The notes: generated by a model not told the origin, from the letters alone. A stretch of DNA of 64,000 nucleotides from Convolutriloba macropyga (GCF_964194025.1 NC_134482.1:7874001-7938000), one strand, 5' to 3'. Positions 12,648-26,600 are shown, numbered from the stretch's first letter. Made by a program: numbers and translations.

Positions 12648-15420
12648 AGAAATTCAAAGCAAAATAGTTATATGTCTTTGAGGAAATTATTTCAAATTTC
12701 AACTTGATAAAGAATTATACCAACAAAAATTAACTATTACATCAAAGTGTCAAAAAATATTTCTTTAATTTAATTAAAAATGTCTTATGTTTAGCTGTTG
12801 CAAAATTTAAATACAAATCCCTCAACAGAAAAACACTTTTTCTAACGAAAAGAGTATACTTAATTTTATGCTTAAACTTAAATTTTGTTGTAATTACGCG
12901 TTCAAATATATGGGAACGATTTTCATTCAATTTTCAAAGTTCATCCACTTTTTCGTAGCTTCGTCTATCACTTTGGAAAATGCAGCACTGACTGAACAAT
13001 TGCAATGAAAACCAGCAAGAAACTTTTTGTTCAATAATTTTTTTGTGTTTACGGAATCGCAGAGTTGTCTTCAGTTAATTTGATAATGTAGGTCACTCTA
13101 GATGGCATTTCCTTTTATGTAAGTTTCATGCTCATTTTCAAATTCATTGTCAATCACATAAACAAACAATTCAATATCACTCAAAATGTTGCAAGAACTT
13201 CTCCTTTCTGCACGGTAGAAATACGACTAAAAAATTAGCGCAGCGGGCTCAAAAAAATTTTGTTTAATCGCAAGATTTTTCGAATTTCACTACAAAACGA
13301 ACAATGATTATTTTAATTGGACATGCATTTTTGAAATTGACATACGGATAATATTTGACTTAGACTTGCATCTACAAAAGAAGCAATGCGTCTCACAAAG
13401 TGATTCTGCATTGTTAATTTAAACAGGATTCGGACGTAAATGCAAACGAATAATATAGTCTAGTACATAATTGCCGACTGAATGCTTTTTCAGTCTGAAA
13501 TTATGCTTTGAATTTGAATTTTTATTTTTCGCTATTGAGTTAAACCATAAAAACTCTATAAGTTGATTTAAGTTCTACATAGCTGTCGTGTTTTGCCAAT
13601 ATTGAGACTCGATGAACCAAAATATATAAATTTTGGTTCATCGGGTCTTTTGAGCTTGTACTGAAAATTTATAAATAATTATCAGCCTAGACATTTTGTT
13701 TCAATCTTTTTTATTTATTTTTTATTTATATTATAGGAAAACCCAGATATTCTTTTTATTTGTTCAATACTCCGTTTCTCAGTTGGATGGAATTCGAACA
13801 CATCTTTCGTTTACTTTTTTGAAAATGAAGTGCAATTTCGAGCTCATTGTAATTGAAAACTGCGAGAAGAATTTCCTGTTCGATTAATTAGTCGAACTCA
13901 ATTTCTTATGAATTAGTCATTAAGCAATTACTTTCGAAGATTATGTGCATTTTTGAAAGTTTTGTTTCTCTTCCTCATTTGTCAGAGAAAAAAATAAAAA
14001 AAAAGTCGCAAGTGGTGCTCACAATTTTTGAACGATAAATGTGGGGTTCTTTTATATAATGAAGCTTTTGATTTCGTTGAGATCTTATCTCAGAGTAATT
14101 AAATCTTTCAATAATCTGAAACAAATAGAGAAACATTTAAAGTATGATCAAGAAAGGTTTATTGTAAACTCAATTTTTTGTACATTTTGGTCTCCTCCAG
14201 ATTCGTTTAAAACTTTTTCGGGGAAATGGCTTACTTTATTACCCAAAAATAACTCAATCAATCTGTTTAAAGTCTATTTGCGGCACTTCTGTCAAGGGTC
14301 TGCATTAAATGTAAAAAAAAGAATGCCCCGTTTTGATTCTGTCATCTTTGCTACAATGTGGAACGCTGAACTTTTTGACCAGGGTATCTTTATTACCCCT
14401 GGTTACCCGGACCCTAGTGCCATAGTAAAGCAGGACAGATTCATGATATCCCAATAGTAGAGGTCTATATCATTACTGTTTCACGGTATTCTAACAGTAT
14501 TTAAAAAGTTTTTTCTCGAAGACTTCGCGGAATAAGCTCAAAAGTCAATTTTTTCATAATTTTGTCAAGCACAGTCGATTTTGATTCCTTTCTCCGCTCA
14601 TACAAAAATATTAGTTCAGTTTGGAATTTTCGGGAAAAAATTAAAATTTCGGGCGATGCACAAACATTATACTTGTGGAACGCGCGGGAAGTTTGCAATA
14701 CCCAGGGGTTTTGGAGAATAAAGCCAGTAGATAACAGACAAAATCAGTGCAAAAACAGTTGATAACCAGTTAAACTAGCTCGAAAACCAGTTAAACTCTG
14801 TTACTCGATAAAACTTTTGTTAGGAATCCTTTAACTGATTGCTTTCTTCAAACCAAACTTTTTTCTCATGCAGTATTTACAAAAAAAAGAAGAACCAAGA
14901 TGTTCACAGATGGAATATTTTATTTCCAGATCTTTTTACATTAAATACAATCATTTATCAGCAAGCTTGTATAAATTTAACCATCTGGTTACACGTTCTG
15001 ATATTATGTTTTTGTTGGCTTAACATTAATAAATTGGGGGTGCCTAAATTTCGGTTTTATAGGACTGGGGGATGGGGGCTCCAGAGGAAATGATCTTGTT
15101 TCGAAACAAAGGCAATTCTTCTGTTAGAATTTGTTCTCTCCTTTATGTACATTTTTTAAGGTTCCTTTCATTCATTCGATCAGTTTACTATAAGTTTTGA
15201 GATTACACTGACAATCAGAGATAAAACGCATTCTGTATTGTGTATCGAGTAACTATAAAAAACAAAGTTATTTGGCTCGTATTCCCCAGTGATTCCTCCA
15301 ATTTCTGGTCTCAATTCAATTGGCAGGCGTCCAGCAGAGGTCAAAAGATCGCCCATATTTGGCCCAGATTCGATGAGACGAAAATTGATGCCTACAAAAT
15401 TTCACTGTAAGAATTCAAAA

Positions 15421-15504
15421 TCCAGGTTGAGAGGTCGACCATGTGAAAAAGAAATATAATCGAATTGATGGTGTTGGTTTCATAAGTCGACCTCTCAACT
15501 AGGG
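15421..15504. mobile_element. 84-bp CACTA-like mini-MITE (second diverged copy at 16817-16897)
   Basis: TIR tccaggttgagaggtcgac / gtcgacctctcaactaggg. It lies inside a locally duplicated segment that starts ggcccagattcgatgag (15361 and 15750). Confidence 0.7.
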
Positions 15505-15802
15505 CTTCAGGTGCGAAGACCCACGCAAACACTTTTTTATGATCATGGAAAGGTCCATAACAAGACCTGCCAGATGTTGGCAAGATCTGGCAAAAATTGT
15601 TGGCGACTTGCACAAATTGGAAACGGTTGGCGTGGGTTCACAGCCTTCAGAAGTACCCCATTTTTTGTGATATTAATTACAGGGAATCAAAAAAAGACTC
15701 AATTAAAGATGTGTTTCGTGCATTTATAAAGTGGGTTTCCAAGATTTTTGGCCCAGATTCGATGAGGCGAAAATTGATGCCTGGAAAATTTTACTGTAAG
15801 AA

Positions 15803-16807
15803 CCCGGATTGATGTCTCATAGATTCCCATCGATGGATCATGATTATTCCAGAGAAAACCATCGATGGATCATTGAATGCCCCCTCCCCCATTACCATTT
15901 AACACTGGGCGTAGAAAATTCATAGGGTCTGTCATGAAAATGCAACGATTTCCTCCGGTTCATAAAAGAATTTTCATGATTTTATTATAATTTCTTTTGG
16001 TTCATAGATTATTTATTTTTGGATTTACAACTAATTTCACTGGATTATAGTAACTGTAATTATTTTTCCATGAGTTTTTCTGTTTCTCTGATTCATGGAA
16101 ACTTCTCATGTACTTACCAAGAAGTCCTCTGGATTATTAGAACTTCAGAACTGCTAATCATTGCTTTTCAAAGGACACAAAAATCTCATCTATCGGAAGC
16201 ATCCTATAAAACTCATTGAGGCAATAAAGTTTTTTTTCTCTCCTAAATAAGAGCCAGATCAAAATTTTTTGCAAAATTAGAAGACACTCGAAGCAGTTGA
16301 TCTACGGTCGGGTTTGGACGCGCTGGTATGTGGGGGGGGGGGGGGGGGGGGGGGGGTTAGGGGGGTATTAGTAGTCTCATAGCATGTCAATCCTCAAACA
16401 GTTTTCCAATTGTATATTGTCGTTGTTGGCGAATTAATCCGTTGTCGTCCATTAGCTGTTTCGTAGCTTGTCTGTCACCCCTTTTCAACCCCCCCCCCCC
16501 GCCCAGACGAGTATTGTGTGCAGCAGCTAAAGGAATTCGATGGCAAGATGAGGCACTTAACTTAGAGGCACGTTACCAGATTTTCGGACAAATTTTTGCA
16601 AACATGTGAATTTTCGAAAATTTCATTAAACTATTTTGTCATGAAAGTTCTATGATCCATCAATGGATTTTCAATTTTCATGATTTTTCTATGATCAATC
16701 GATGAGTTTTTAGTTTCAATGAATTTTGTCCGAGCCATCAAAGAAATATTAATGATTATGAAAGAGCAATGATCCATCGAAGAAAACCTCTCGAAACCCA
16801 ACCCGGG
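15803..16807. mobile_element. CACTA-like non-autonomous element (ATCGATGGATCA motif)
   Basis: cccggattga...catcgatggatca versus tgatccatcga...caacccggg. It interrupts the second copy of a local duplication; the empty site is visible at ~15407-15417. Confidence 0.8.
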
Positions 16808-17712
16808 CATTCAGATTCCGGGTGGAGAGGTTGACCAAGTGAAAAAAAAAAGTCGAATTGGTGGTGTTGGTTTCATGAGTCGACTTCTCAACTATGGATA
16901 TCACCGGTTAAAATGAATCTATTAATGAATTGATTATTATCAAAAAGCCTTGTTTTGCACAATTTATCTTTTCACAATTTATGTCAAATTATTTAATTGA
17001 CTACTTGCGCTCGAGAATGGCTCGGGGGGGGGGGGGGGGGGGTGGGGTGGGGTGGGGGGGGGGGGGTTATACTGAATAACCATAGTTCACAAACGTTGTA
17101 TATTTGTTTCTAAATAGCGATTACCTCCTCAAAGCAGCTTCACAAAAAAGCAACAAAAAATAAAATAAAGTATTACTGTTGCCGGGTCCATTAATTCCTG
17201 CGACCATGTAGTTGCCGTTTCTGTCTTGAATGTAGACCAGTCTCTCGTACACAAACACAGTAGCACAGCGCCGTTGTTCACTGCCTCTGTAGTTGTCATC
17301 ACAAGCAATGAGCAGCTTTATTATAAAAAAAAACGTTCACAAGACATCGTTTATGAAAAGGTATACTTGTATCAACCCCCCCCCCCCCACACACACACAC
17401 ACACACCTTGCATTTGCAGTTCATAACTAAAAGATTTTATCAGAAGTCTAGTTACAATAACCAGAAAAAGTGCGCCTGAAAGTAAAAAAAAAACAATAAA
17501 CAAATGTGTATATTTAGAACAAGGAAAAGTGTTCGCGGAACAAAACAAATGCAGTTTTTGCATCCAAACAATTCTGTCAATTTTGTGTTCTTTTTACCAT
17601 ATTTTTGTGACGTTTTGCATTTTGCCGATGGTATATCAATTATCGGTCACGTAAAAAACGAACGAAAATTAAAACTTGAATTTAAGCGAGGTAAAAGTAG
17701 AAAAAAAAGATA

Positions 17713-17912
17713 NNNNNNNNNNNNNNNNNNNNNNNNNNNNNNNNNNNNNNNNNNNNNNNNNNNNNNNNNNNNNNNNNNNNNNNNNNNNNNNNNNNNNNNN
17801 NNNNNNNNNNNNNNNNNNNNNNNNNNNNNNNNNNNNNNNNNNNNNNNNNNNNNNNNNNNNNNNNNNNNNNNNNNNNNNNNNNNNNNNNNNNNNNNNNNNN
17901 NNNNNNNNNNNN
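17713..17912. other. Scaffold gap (200 N)
   Basis: Run of exactly 200 N; contiguity across it is unproven. Confidence 1.
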
Positions 17913-18303
17913 AACATACACACTCACGCATGCACACATGCACGCACAAACACACACACACATACACACACACACATAAGTTTGATTACAAATATACGGT
18001 CAAGCATACAAATTGAAGTCGAGTTTAAGTGTTTTTAAGGTTTTGCTGCTGAACAAACATTGCTAAATTCGGTCTCCACGTGAACTCTCAATTGATCTTC
18101 ATTTTCGTTAAGAAAATATTTTGGGGAGTCGAGTAATGAGAGTATGGTCGAAGCGCAAAAGTTAAAACTGCAGGCTGATTGCTGTTCAATATTTCAAATG
18201 CAATACGGGGGCATACATTATATATATTTGAGTTTCACCGGCGAAAAAAAATCTTTTTTCGCCAAAGTTTTACTGAAGCAAATAACTATTTATACACTAT
18301 ATA

Positions 18304-18348
<45 letters not shown>

Positions 18349-18570
18349 CAATATATACAATACTATATTGCGATATTTTTTCACAAATCAAGGAGTTATG
18401 TGATCTATATTTTAAGCGATTGAATGAAGCGAAACATCAGCTTAAATAAAACGCCGCACGTGAAATCGAAAATTTCGGCCAACCTACTCAACAAGAGAAG
18501 AAGAGAGAACACGAGGGAAACAAACACACTCACGCATGCACATTTGCACGCACGAACACACACACACAAA

Positions 18571-18627
<57 letters not shown>

Positions 18628-18637
18628 CATACACACA
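17913..18637. repeat. Microsatellite cluster: (CA)n 17913-17977, (TA)n 18298-18346, (CA)n 18558-18637
   Basis: Dinucleotide runs read directly. The ORFs called here are repeat artefacts. Confidence 0.95.
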
Positions 18638-19780
18638 GAATGAGAGAGAAGAGAGTAGAAAGTATGCTGATATTTGCGAATTTTCTGAAGAAAGACGTAT
18701 TGCTTTCGAGCAACTGTCATTACGAAACCTTATTTGTTTTGTTTTTTGGAAGCCGTTTTTAGGACAGGTGTTGAATTTGAGTAGATTTTACGAATGCTGC
18801 TAGGCAATTTATAAATTGTAAGCTTTATATCCATTTGATGCATGTATTTCTGTTTTTTTATAATGCCGTTTTTTACGCTTTTAAGAATTAGTGGGAGCAC
18901 AACCAACCAGAAGTCGATGATTGTATTGTCTTTCAGTTTTTGTTTCGTTTGATTTTCGACTTGAAATATTCTTTAAAGGATAATTCATTGAACTAATCCA
19001 ATTTTTGGCTTAACTTTGTCTACTGCGCTGTTTCTGGCTATTTTTGTTGCTTTTGTTTCAGTTTCTGCTTTTGTTGACTTGTTTAAAAGGAAAATATCAA
19101 ATCAGTGACTACAAACTATAAACGGAATTCTCAAAAAAAATCCAAAGCCTTAAAGAGGTTATGACATATGTAAAAGTAGAGCATTTCAGAAAAGGATACA
19201 AAATCTAATAAAGCACCATTTTGATATAACGCAATCCAAATGCGGTAAGCAGATTACAGGTATGGAACAAAATTAGTTGACAAAATCTCAAAATTAAAAA
19301 AGAAATTAAACAACCTAAAGCAGGATTTATCTAAAACAAAAATGATAGTATGTTTCCCGAGTTTTCATTCATAACCCATGAAGTTTTTAGAAAAAATCTA
19401 CAAAAACTAGTAGAGATCCAAGGGCTTGATGAACCAAGACTTCAATTTCCCGATGAAAAAATTCATCAACTCGGACTTTTAGAAAAAATTTCTGTCCAGG
19501 AATTTTTGTTTATGCCTGAGTTTCATGTTATCAAGTTGTCACTATTTGGGACAGAGAATAAATGAAGTTTGCTTCTTAATGTTTTGTTTTATTTATAATT
19601 TCGTTTTTAAATCATGCAAAGCTGCGAATCAACCTAAAAATCCAGCAAGGACCAATGCACGCTTCTTCTTTGAAAAGGTAATTGTTTTTCACGAAAACTT
19701 TCAACGTTACTAAAGGAGAACAATGCTTACCGATAACTCAATTTGTTGTTTTTTAATGTACTTCTGTAAAAATAAAGCAT

Positions 19781-20761
19781 CCTTCGTCGAGAATGAACAG
19801 TTATCTTGTAGGAATCTGGCAGATTTCGGCAGATTCTTACAAGACGATGCAACTTCCATCCAAAATTTCTGGCAGATTCTCACAAAATAACCATTTATCT
19901 GCCGGATTTCCATAGGAAAACCATTTTTTGCCAGATTCCTACAAGATAACCATTTTTCTGTGAGACTTTTGCAAGATACTCATTTTTCTGTCAAATTCAT
20001 ACAAGATAACCATTTTTACTCCATATTACTGCAATATAACTATTTTGTTGCCCTGGTCTCGCAAGATAACTAATTTCGGCCAGATTAAACAAAGATAGAA
20101 AAATTTTGTAAGACTCCTAAATACCTTTTGGGAATGCTTTCTTCTCTGGGAATTCTTTTATAAAAACCATAAACTGCTGTGCAATACCATAAATCTAATT
20201 GAGCTTGCAATGTGTTCTCGCATTAATTAGTTAAAATATTTGAAAAATTGAAGAAATAAGAAGATGCGCTTGTCGTAATTATTTGTGTTTCATTGAAGCA
20301 CAATAAGTATGACATGTACTCTACGTGAAATATAAACAAACGAAAATTTTGGAAATGTAACTTGGTAAACTTGGTAACATCATATCAAGCAACTTTTTTT
20401 ATCAAACACTGTTTAATATTTTTAAAAAATTCTTTGCGCTCTTTTGTCAAATCGACACGACAACTTGACTGGAAACAATTTTCTGAGAAAATAAATTGAG
20501 CTGATTAGCCATTTTTATTCAAATAAAATGCAGCTTAACCGGAACGAGCCCTTTAATCAAAATCTAGCAAGAAAAACTTTTTTGCCAGAATGTTGCAACA
20601 TTCTGCCAGATAATCAAATTAAGGGCAGATTCCACCAGATAAACCGTTTTCTGCCAAAATCTTGCATTTTTATGATTCTTCTGCTACATTTTGGAAAATA
20701 ACCATCTATCTATCAGAATCTAATAGATTCTTGCAAAATAACCATCCCGTCTCAACTATAG
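19781..20761. mobile_element. CACTA-like non-autonomous element (CAAGATAACC / TGGCAGATT motif)
   Basis: at|ccttcgtcgagaatgaacagttatcttgtaggaatct matches the reverse complement of the right end, at|ctatagttgagacgggatggttattttgcaagaatct. AT/AT TSD. ~30-bp internal repeats. Confidence 0.7.
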
Positions 20762-22433
20762 ATGTAATTATCTTTGTTTCTAACCTATTTATCTCTATAC
20801 GTGTCTTATATCAACTAAAATACTTTCAACGCTTGAACTGGAACAATTACAAAATATTTAACTTGTTGATGTAAAGTTACGTTTCTAAATTATATCTTTT
20901 CGATTGGAAAATAAAATTTAATTTAATTTGAGTGAATAGCAGTACTGATTTTGAATGAGTTCATAAACATTTTCGATTCGAAAATGAATAAGAAAGTTTT
21001 ATGACCACGTACAGAGCAGTTTTTAATTTGGTGTGAATCCGAAAAAAAAATCAACAAGAAATTTCCCAATTATTTCGACACAAAAACTGCATGCACAATA
21101 ATTTTTGGTTTTTGTTTTTTTTAATTGTTTTTTATAAATTCTTAACAAATTTTGTTTGTTTTTAAATCTCATAAAATGTTAGACAGTTGCTTACCCTGTT
21201 GTATTACATTTTAATTAGTCTATTTTAGTAACTTTACTTCAACCCGGAATATGAAAGGATGGGGTTAAATCAGAGTTTGAAATATCTCACAAAAGAGGAC
21301 TTAATTTGAACTGAAAAAAACCTATTTACATTTCTGAACAGAAAACCGATTCTCAATCGGCGGCTATTTTCACAGACGAAGATTAAATTTATGTTTCTGA
21401 AGGACTAAAGGGCAAAATCCTATGAACTATAAAATGTAGTTCAGAGAAAAACGAGAAGTTGAATCATAGTCCGAATGAGAAGGATTCCGGATCAGACTGG
21501 GTTCAAATAATAATCAAACTTTTTGCAGATTCCGATTCAGCGTCCAGACTCAAACAAAGACCCAGTCATTTCAGAATTTGACTTAATCAGACTCTAAATA
21601 GGATAACGTTCTGTGATTCTTTATAATTCAGTTATGAATTAGCCGTAGAACTAGGTGCACCAGGAAAACATTTCGTATATTACCATTTTTTCTTTGTTTC
21701 GAAGTTAAGAGCTGCGCAATTGTCGACACTGTTATCAAATTTTTAGTTACACTAAAACTAAATACAAAAGAAAGCCTTCTTTTGAGGTTGTGCTTTTTCT
21801 TGTAGTATTCTTCTAATCAGAGTGCAGGCAACGAGTGCCTTTAATTTATATCATCATGAATGTTTCTTCTCATTTTTTATTTTTTATCTAAACGGTATGT
21901 GAAAAATGCAATAAAAAGCGACAAAATGCCCTGAAATAGTGTAAGAAATGCGCTGAATGATCGGCAATTTACTTAAATAACATCAGCGCATTTCATACTA
22001 ATCGAATTATCGCATCATATGATTAAATGAAATAAAACGAATTTCAGGCAAGGAAATTGGTGATGAAAACGAGGAAATGATTCAAGAACTGCTGCGCAAT
22101 TTGAGGTATATCTTACAAAGTGTTGCTGATAGAATCCGGAAAGTTCAAGGTAGAGTCAAAATTCAAGCACGAAAACTTGACTCTGTCCCAAAAACTGCTT
22201 GAAAACGGTTACGGCAAAAAGTAATCGCAAAACAACTGCATTCAATTTATATCAAGATTCTTTTTGTCAATACATAACTTAAAGTTTGAACACAATTTAC
22301 TGAAATACTTTAGAATGATTTTTGAGATCCTTTTTTGGTGAAAATTCAGAGCATTCAGTGTATTTCGGTTTATTCAGAGCATTTCTTACAAAAAAAACTG
22401 CTCCTAAAATGGCTCTCGCATCTCAAACAGGGC

Positions 22434-23330
22434 CCCGGGTCGAGAGAAAAATTGAAAAATATGTAAGATAAGCGATGAAAAGTTAGTTTTTTCACCGCAA
22501 ATTTCGTACATAATTTTGCGGTGAAATGCGGTGAATGCGGTGAAAATATGTAAGTTCACCGCTATAGCAAGCGGTGATCTTACAAAAATTCAACACAATT
22601 CATCGCCAAAATATGTAATTTCACCGGCCTTACAAGGGTTCGAACCTCTCACCTCCTGCATGGCAGTCACTTCTTCTTCCACAGCGCTATCCCTCACAAA
22701 CTTCTAGTATTTTTGTTTTGAATATAAATCAAATTCACTTTAATTTCTGTAAAATAAGCGCGGTGAATTTTTGTAAGATTTGCGATTTTTAGCGGTGAAA
22801 TTACATATTTTAGTGGTGAAATGTGGTGATTATTTGTAAATTCACCGTTTACTCTAGTGGTGAAATTACATAAATTCACCGCTTTGAAAAAAGTGTCAAA
22901 AACATGTAAGATAAAGGGGTAGTTTTAGTGGAAGGGTAAATCTAACATTTCCATCCTTACTCCCCATTAATTTCACCACATTCTTTGCTGATCTCACACA
23001 GTTTTACAAATTTTTTCTAAGCGGTGAATTTATGTAAGTTCACCACTAAGCTGAGCGGTGAATTTATGTGATTTCACCGCATTCACCGCTTATCTTACAT
23101 AATTTGCACAAGTTTTTTCGAAGCGGTGAATTTGTGTAATTTCACCGCTAAATTCAGCGGTGAATTTATGTAATTTCACCGCTACTAGGCGATAAAGGTT
23201 TTTTTTCACCGCATTCACCGCCTGATTTATGTAATTTCACCGCATTCACCGCTTACCTTACAAAAATTTCCGCATTCGCCGCTTAACTTACATAATTTTG
23301 CGTTGAAGAGCGGTGACACCTCGACCCGGG
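22434..23330. mobile_element. CACTA-like non-autonomous element (GCGGTGAA / TTCACCGC motif)
   Basis: gc|cccgggtcgag ... ctcgacccggg|gc: perfect 11-bp TIR and GC/GC TSD. Dense gcggtgaa/ttcaccgc motifs in both orientations. Confidence 0.9.
22626..22694 (-). pseudogene. tRNA-Gly(GCC)-derived sequence with Pol III A/B boxes
   Basis: The minus strand reads TAGCGCTGTGG (A-box-like)...CTGCCATGCAGGAGG...GGTTCGAACCC (perfect B box). It is colinear with eukaryotic tRNA-Gly(GCC), but the acceptor and anticodon stems do not pair. Confidence 0.6.
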
Positions 23331-23459
23331 GCGTTAATTGTTAATTCTTCAACGCAAAGTATGACCTGAGTTTTATTTTTTCATTGATTGAAGTTTGAAG
23401 AGGTTGAACAGGTTGTTAGGTTGAAAAGATGCTTTTTCGTTTTCGGGTGAGCTTAGTGC

Positions 23460-23601
23460 TTAATCATCGTCATCGAAGAATGCGACAACAAACGTTTCTG
23501 TGCGATTGGAGTTGGAGGAGGTATCGAAGTCAGACCTTCGTTCGTTTACACTCTGTCTGACGGGTGCTGATGACGAATGAGAAGAGCTGTCGGCATTGAG
23601 G
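23460..23601 (-). CDS. GPCR exon 5 (Ser-rich C-terminal tail and stop)
   Basis: ttttacag|C CTC AAT GCC...GAT GAT TAA. The phase-2 join with AG|gttggt at 26925 gives S-LNADSSSHSSSAPVRQSVNERRSDFDTSSNSNRTETFVVAFFDDDD*. Confidence 0.6.
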
Positions 23602-26600
23602 CTGTAAAACAAAGAGATCACATGTTACAGCAAAAAAGTGGGGGCTTGTACTTTTTTGTACAAATTGTTAATACATCTTATCAAGAGTGTGTGAAATTGT
23701 TTAGTTTTCCTGAAAGAGCTTTTATTCTCTGCCCGGGTCAAATTTTTTCGCCCAAAATGATGTAAGAGTGGGGTTGCGATGGGAGAATTTTTTTAGGAAA
23801 ATGCAGCTCAAAACTCTTACGTCTTTTTGGGCTGCGTTAGGCTTCCAACGGGGGTAAAATGGTGTAAGAGAGGGGGTAAAAAACAAATTAACCCCCCACT
23901 CTTACATCTTTTTGGTCTGTCAAGGGGGGTAAAATGATGTAAGAGACATCATTTTAATGTCCTCCCAATCTTAGTCAAGGGAGGTAATTCCTCAAGATTC
24001 CTCCTATTGCAGCCCATTGCAGCCCACTCTTATCTGGCAATTTTAGTCAGGGAGGGTAATTCCTCAAAAGTCTTCCCAATGCAGCCAATTGCAGCCCACT
24101 TTTACATGGCAATTTTTAGGTCAGGGGGTAATTTCTCACAAGTCTTCCCATTGCAGCCCACTCTTACATGCCAATTTTAGTCAGGGGGGTAATTCCTCAA
24201 AAGTCCTCCCATTGCAGCCCATTGCAGCCCACTCTTACATGGCAATTTTAGTCAGGTGGGGTAATTCCTCAAAAGTCCTCCCATTGCAACCCACTCTTAC
24301 GTTGCAAATTTAGTCAGGGGGGGGGGGTAATTCCTCAAAAGTCCTCCCATTGCAGCCCAAATCATACATCATTTCACCCCCTCTGAACAAAATACCCCCA
24401 CGCTCTTACATCAATTTACCCCCATAGACAAATTATTCCCCCACTCTTACAACAAAATGGGAGGATTTTAGGGAGGACATTCGACCCGGGTACCACGCAT
24501 TAGCAAAATGAGTCACAGAGTATTTGCGAAGATTGATAAAATATTCAACAAATATTGAATTGAACATAGTGACGACTCTGGACAGGTTTCAGAGCTTTAA
24601 CGGTGTTTTGACCAGTAATTTGAGAACATAAAATTTTTTGATCACCAGTTTTAGGGGTGATTAATTTTGAAGTATTTCTTGGAGGGGATTATTCCGGATC
24701 GCTCCCATTACATTCGAAAGATGCTCAGATTAACAGATTTCTCAGATTGTCAGTCAATTTTCTGTTGCATATATTTGATACACGAAGTTGTGATGATTCT
24801 GATCACAGATATGTTCGAAAAGATATACCTTGTTTTCATCTTAGTGTCCCGACTGCACTAAATTCTTTTTTCAGCGCCCAATCAGAATATCTTTATTCTG
24901 TATTTTCGTGCTGCCCAGTATTCTGATCATGTCAAAATTTGCAATGAACATGGGCAAAGTTCAGAATAACATTCTATTCTCTGAATTTAGACTGCGCTGC
25001 ATGAAAAATTCCTTCTTGTAATTTGACTCCATAGAAATTTCGATTGATTGAAAGAAATAACGATTGTTATTGAAAAAAGAAATAACGATTGTTATTGACT
25101 GAAAACTTTCCCATTACATCTCCCACCTGGGGCCGCTAATCAGGAGAGGTAGGATAGATTGGGTGCTAATTGGGACAATTTGGGGCACAACATGGGGAGG
25201 GGGTTCGGTGAGGCAATTGGAAAGTGTTTTATATTAATCCCGATAATAAAAACATTAACTAAGAAGACCGTTGAAGAATGATCAACCTTTAGCTATCAAA
25301 AATCTCACAAAAAATCATTTAACACAAACTCCTACAGAAATGTCATCTCTTACGATTCAAAGGGATCAAATGCAGCTATAGGGGAAAACCAAAAAATGCT
25401 TGCTCTTATTATTTTCATACAAACATTCGAGATTAAAATTTGGAAAAAGCGATTGCGAAAAAGTCTGTCACGCTCAAACACTGGTATAAACGTCGGTAAT
25501 TTTCGATCTCTAAGTGTATCTAAAATGACGACAAGTCTATTGACTCTGATCCTTTGATGTCGCTGCCGTTTTTAAAGTATTCCTTTGGTTTGGGGGAACT
25601 ATTCGCCAATTTACGCATTGCTACTGTCTCTAATATTAGCACCAAGGACGCAAGGAGATTAGCTTCAATTTATTCACATTTTGTCTGCAATGTTCGCCTT
25701 GTCGCTGACCTTTCCGTTTTAGGACAGTGCAAATATTTTTATTCTGTATAAATTTTGGAATGCCTTATCATTGGTTTCAGACATAAAAAAAGATTGATAT
25801 GTGTGGTTTTAGGAACGTAAAAAGTGCCAGTATTTTTAGTTCAGAAATGAAAACGTAAAAATCATCGTAACGCTCGATTTCTATGAAAAAAATGGTCAAT
25901 TTTGTCGGTACAAAGATTTCAGGAGTTCAATTTTACAGTGTAGATGAAAATTCTATTGTTTATCCTTGGGAAAAATATTTTAATGAAGGGGGAGAAATCA
26001 CTTCGGATCTTTTCCTTTGCTTACTGAGAGACCTATAAGTGGCATAGAATCTGTGCCATCTGGCCAATGATCTGGGCAGTGTCTGGCCTAGGGTCTTTTC
26101 CGTCTGGCCAATGGTCTGGACAATGTTCTGGCCTAGAGTCTGTTCCGTCTGGCTAATGGTCTGGACAATGGTCTGTCCTGGGTCTGTTCCATCTGTGTGG
26201 CAAGTGGTCAAGGCAATGGTCTGGCCTAGAGTCTGTTCGGTCTGGCCAATGGTTTGGACAATGGTCTGGCCTGGGTCTGTTCCATCTGTGTGGCAAGTGG
26301 TCAGGGCAATGGTCTGGCCTAGAGTCTGTTCGGTCTGGCCAATGGTTTGGACAAGGTCTGTTCAGTCTGGCCAATTGTTGCCATAGTCTGTTTGGTCTGG
26401 CCAAGGGTGGGCAAAGTCTGTTCGGTCTGGCCAATACCTATCTTTGGGTATGGTCGGTCTGGAGCCCCTGTCCGTGACCCAAATCGGTCTGGCCAATACC
26501 TGCCTTGGGTCGCGGGCTTCATCCTGGGTAATTGAACAAGTTTAACATTTCCTTCTAAATTTTATTTTCAAACTGTAACACATGTTAAAAGTTGTTTGAA

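Noticed and set aside
17504-18762. HTHT / CVCV / IYIY ORFs
   Set aside because: Translations of microsatellites and of the N gap.
18900-19570. Coding-like fragment (FPEFSFITHEVFRKNLQKLVE...)
   Set aside because: Short and interrupted, with no family recognised; probably transposon debris.
22626-22694. Functional tRNA-Gly gene
   Set aside because: The acceptor and anticodon stems cannot pair; kept only as a tRNA-derived sequence.
23970-24360. Regularly spaced repeats resembling a CRISPR array (also 40670-40800 and 19920-20100)
   Set aside because: The spacers are not unique, there are no cas genes, the context is eukaryotic, and the repeats lie inside TIR elements.
25960-26535. Overlapping repetitive ORFs on both strands
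   Set aside because: Products of a stop-poor 93-bp tandem repeat, not genes.
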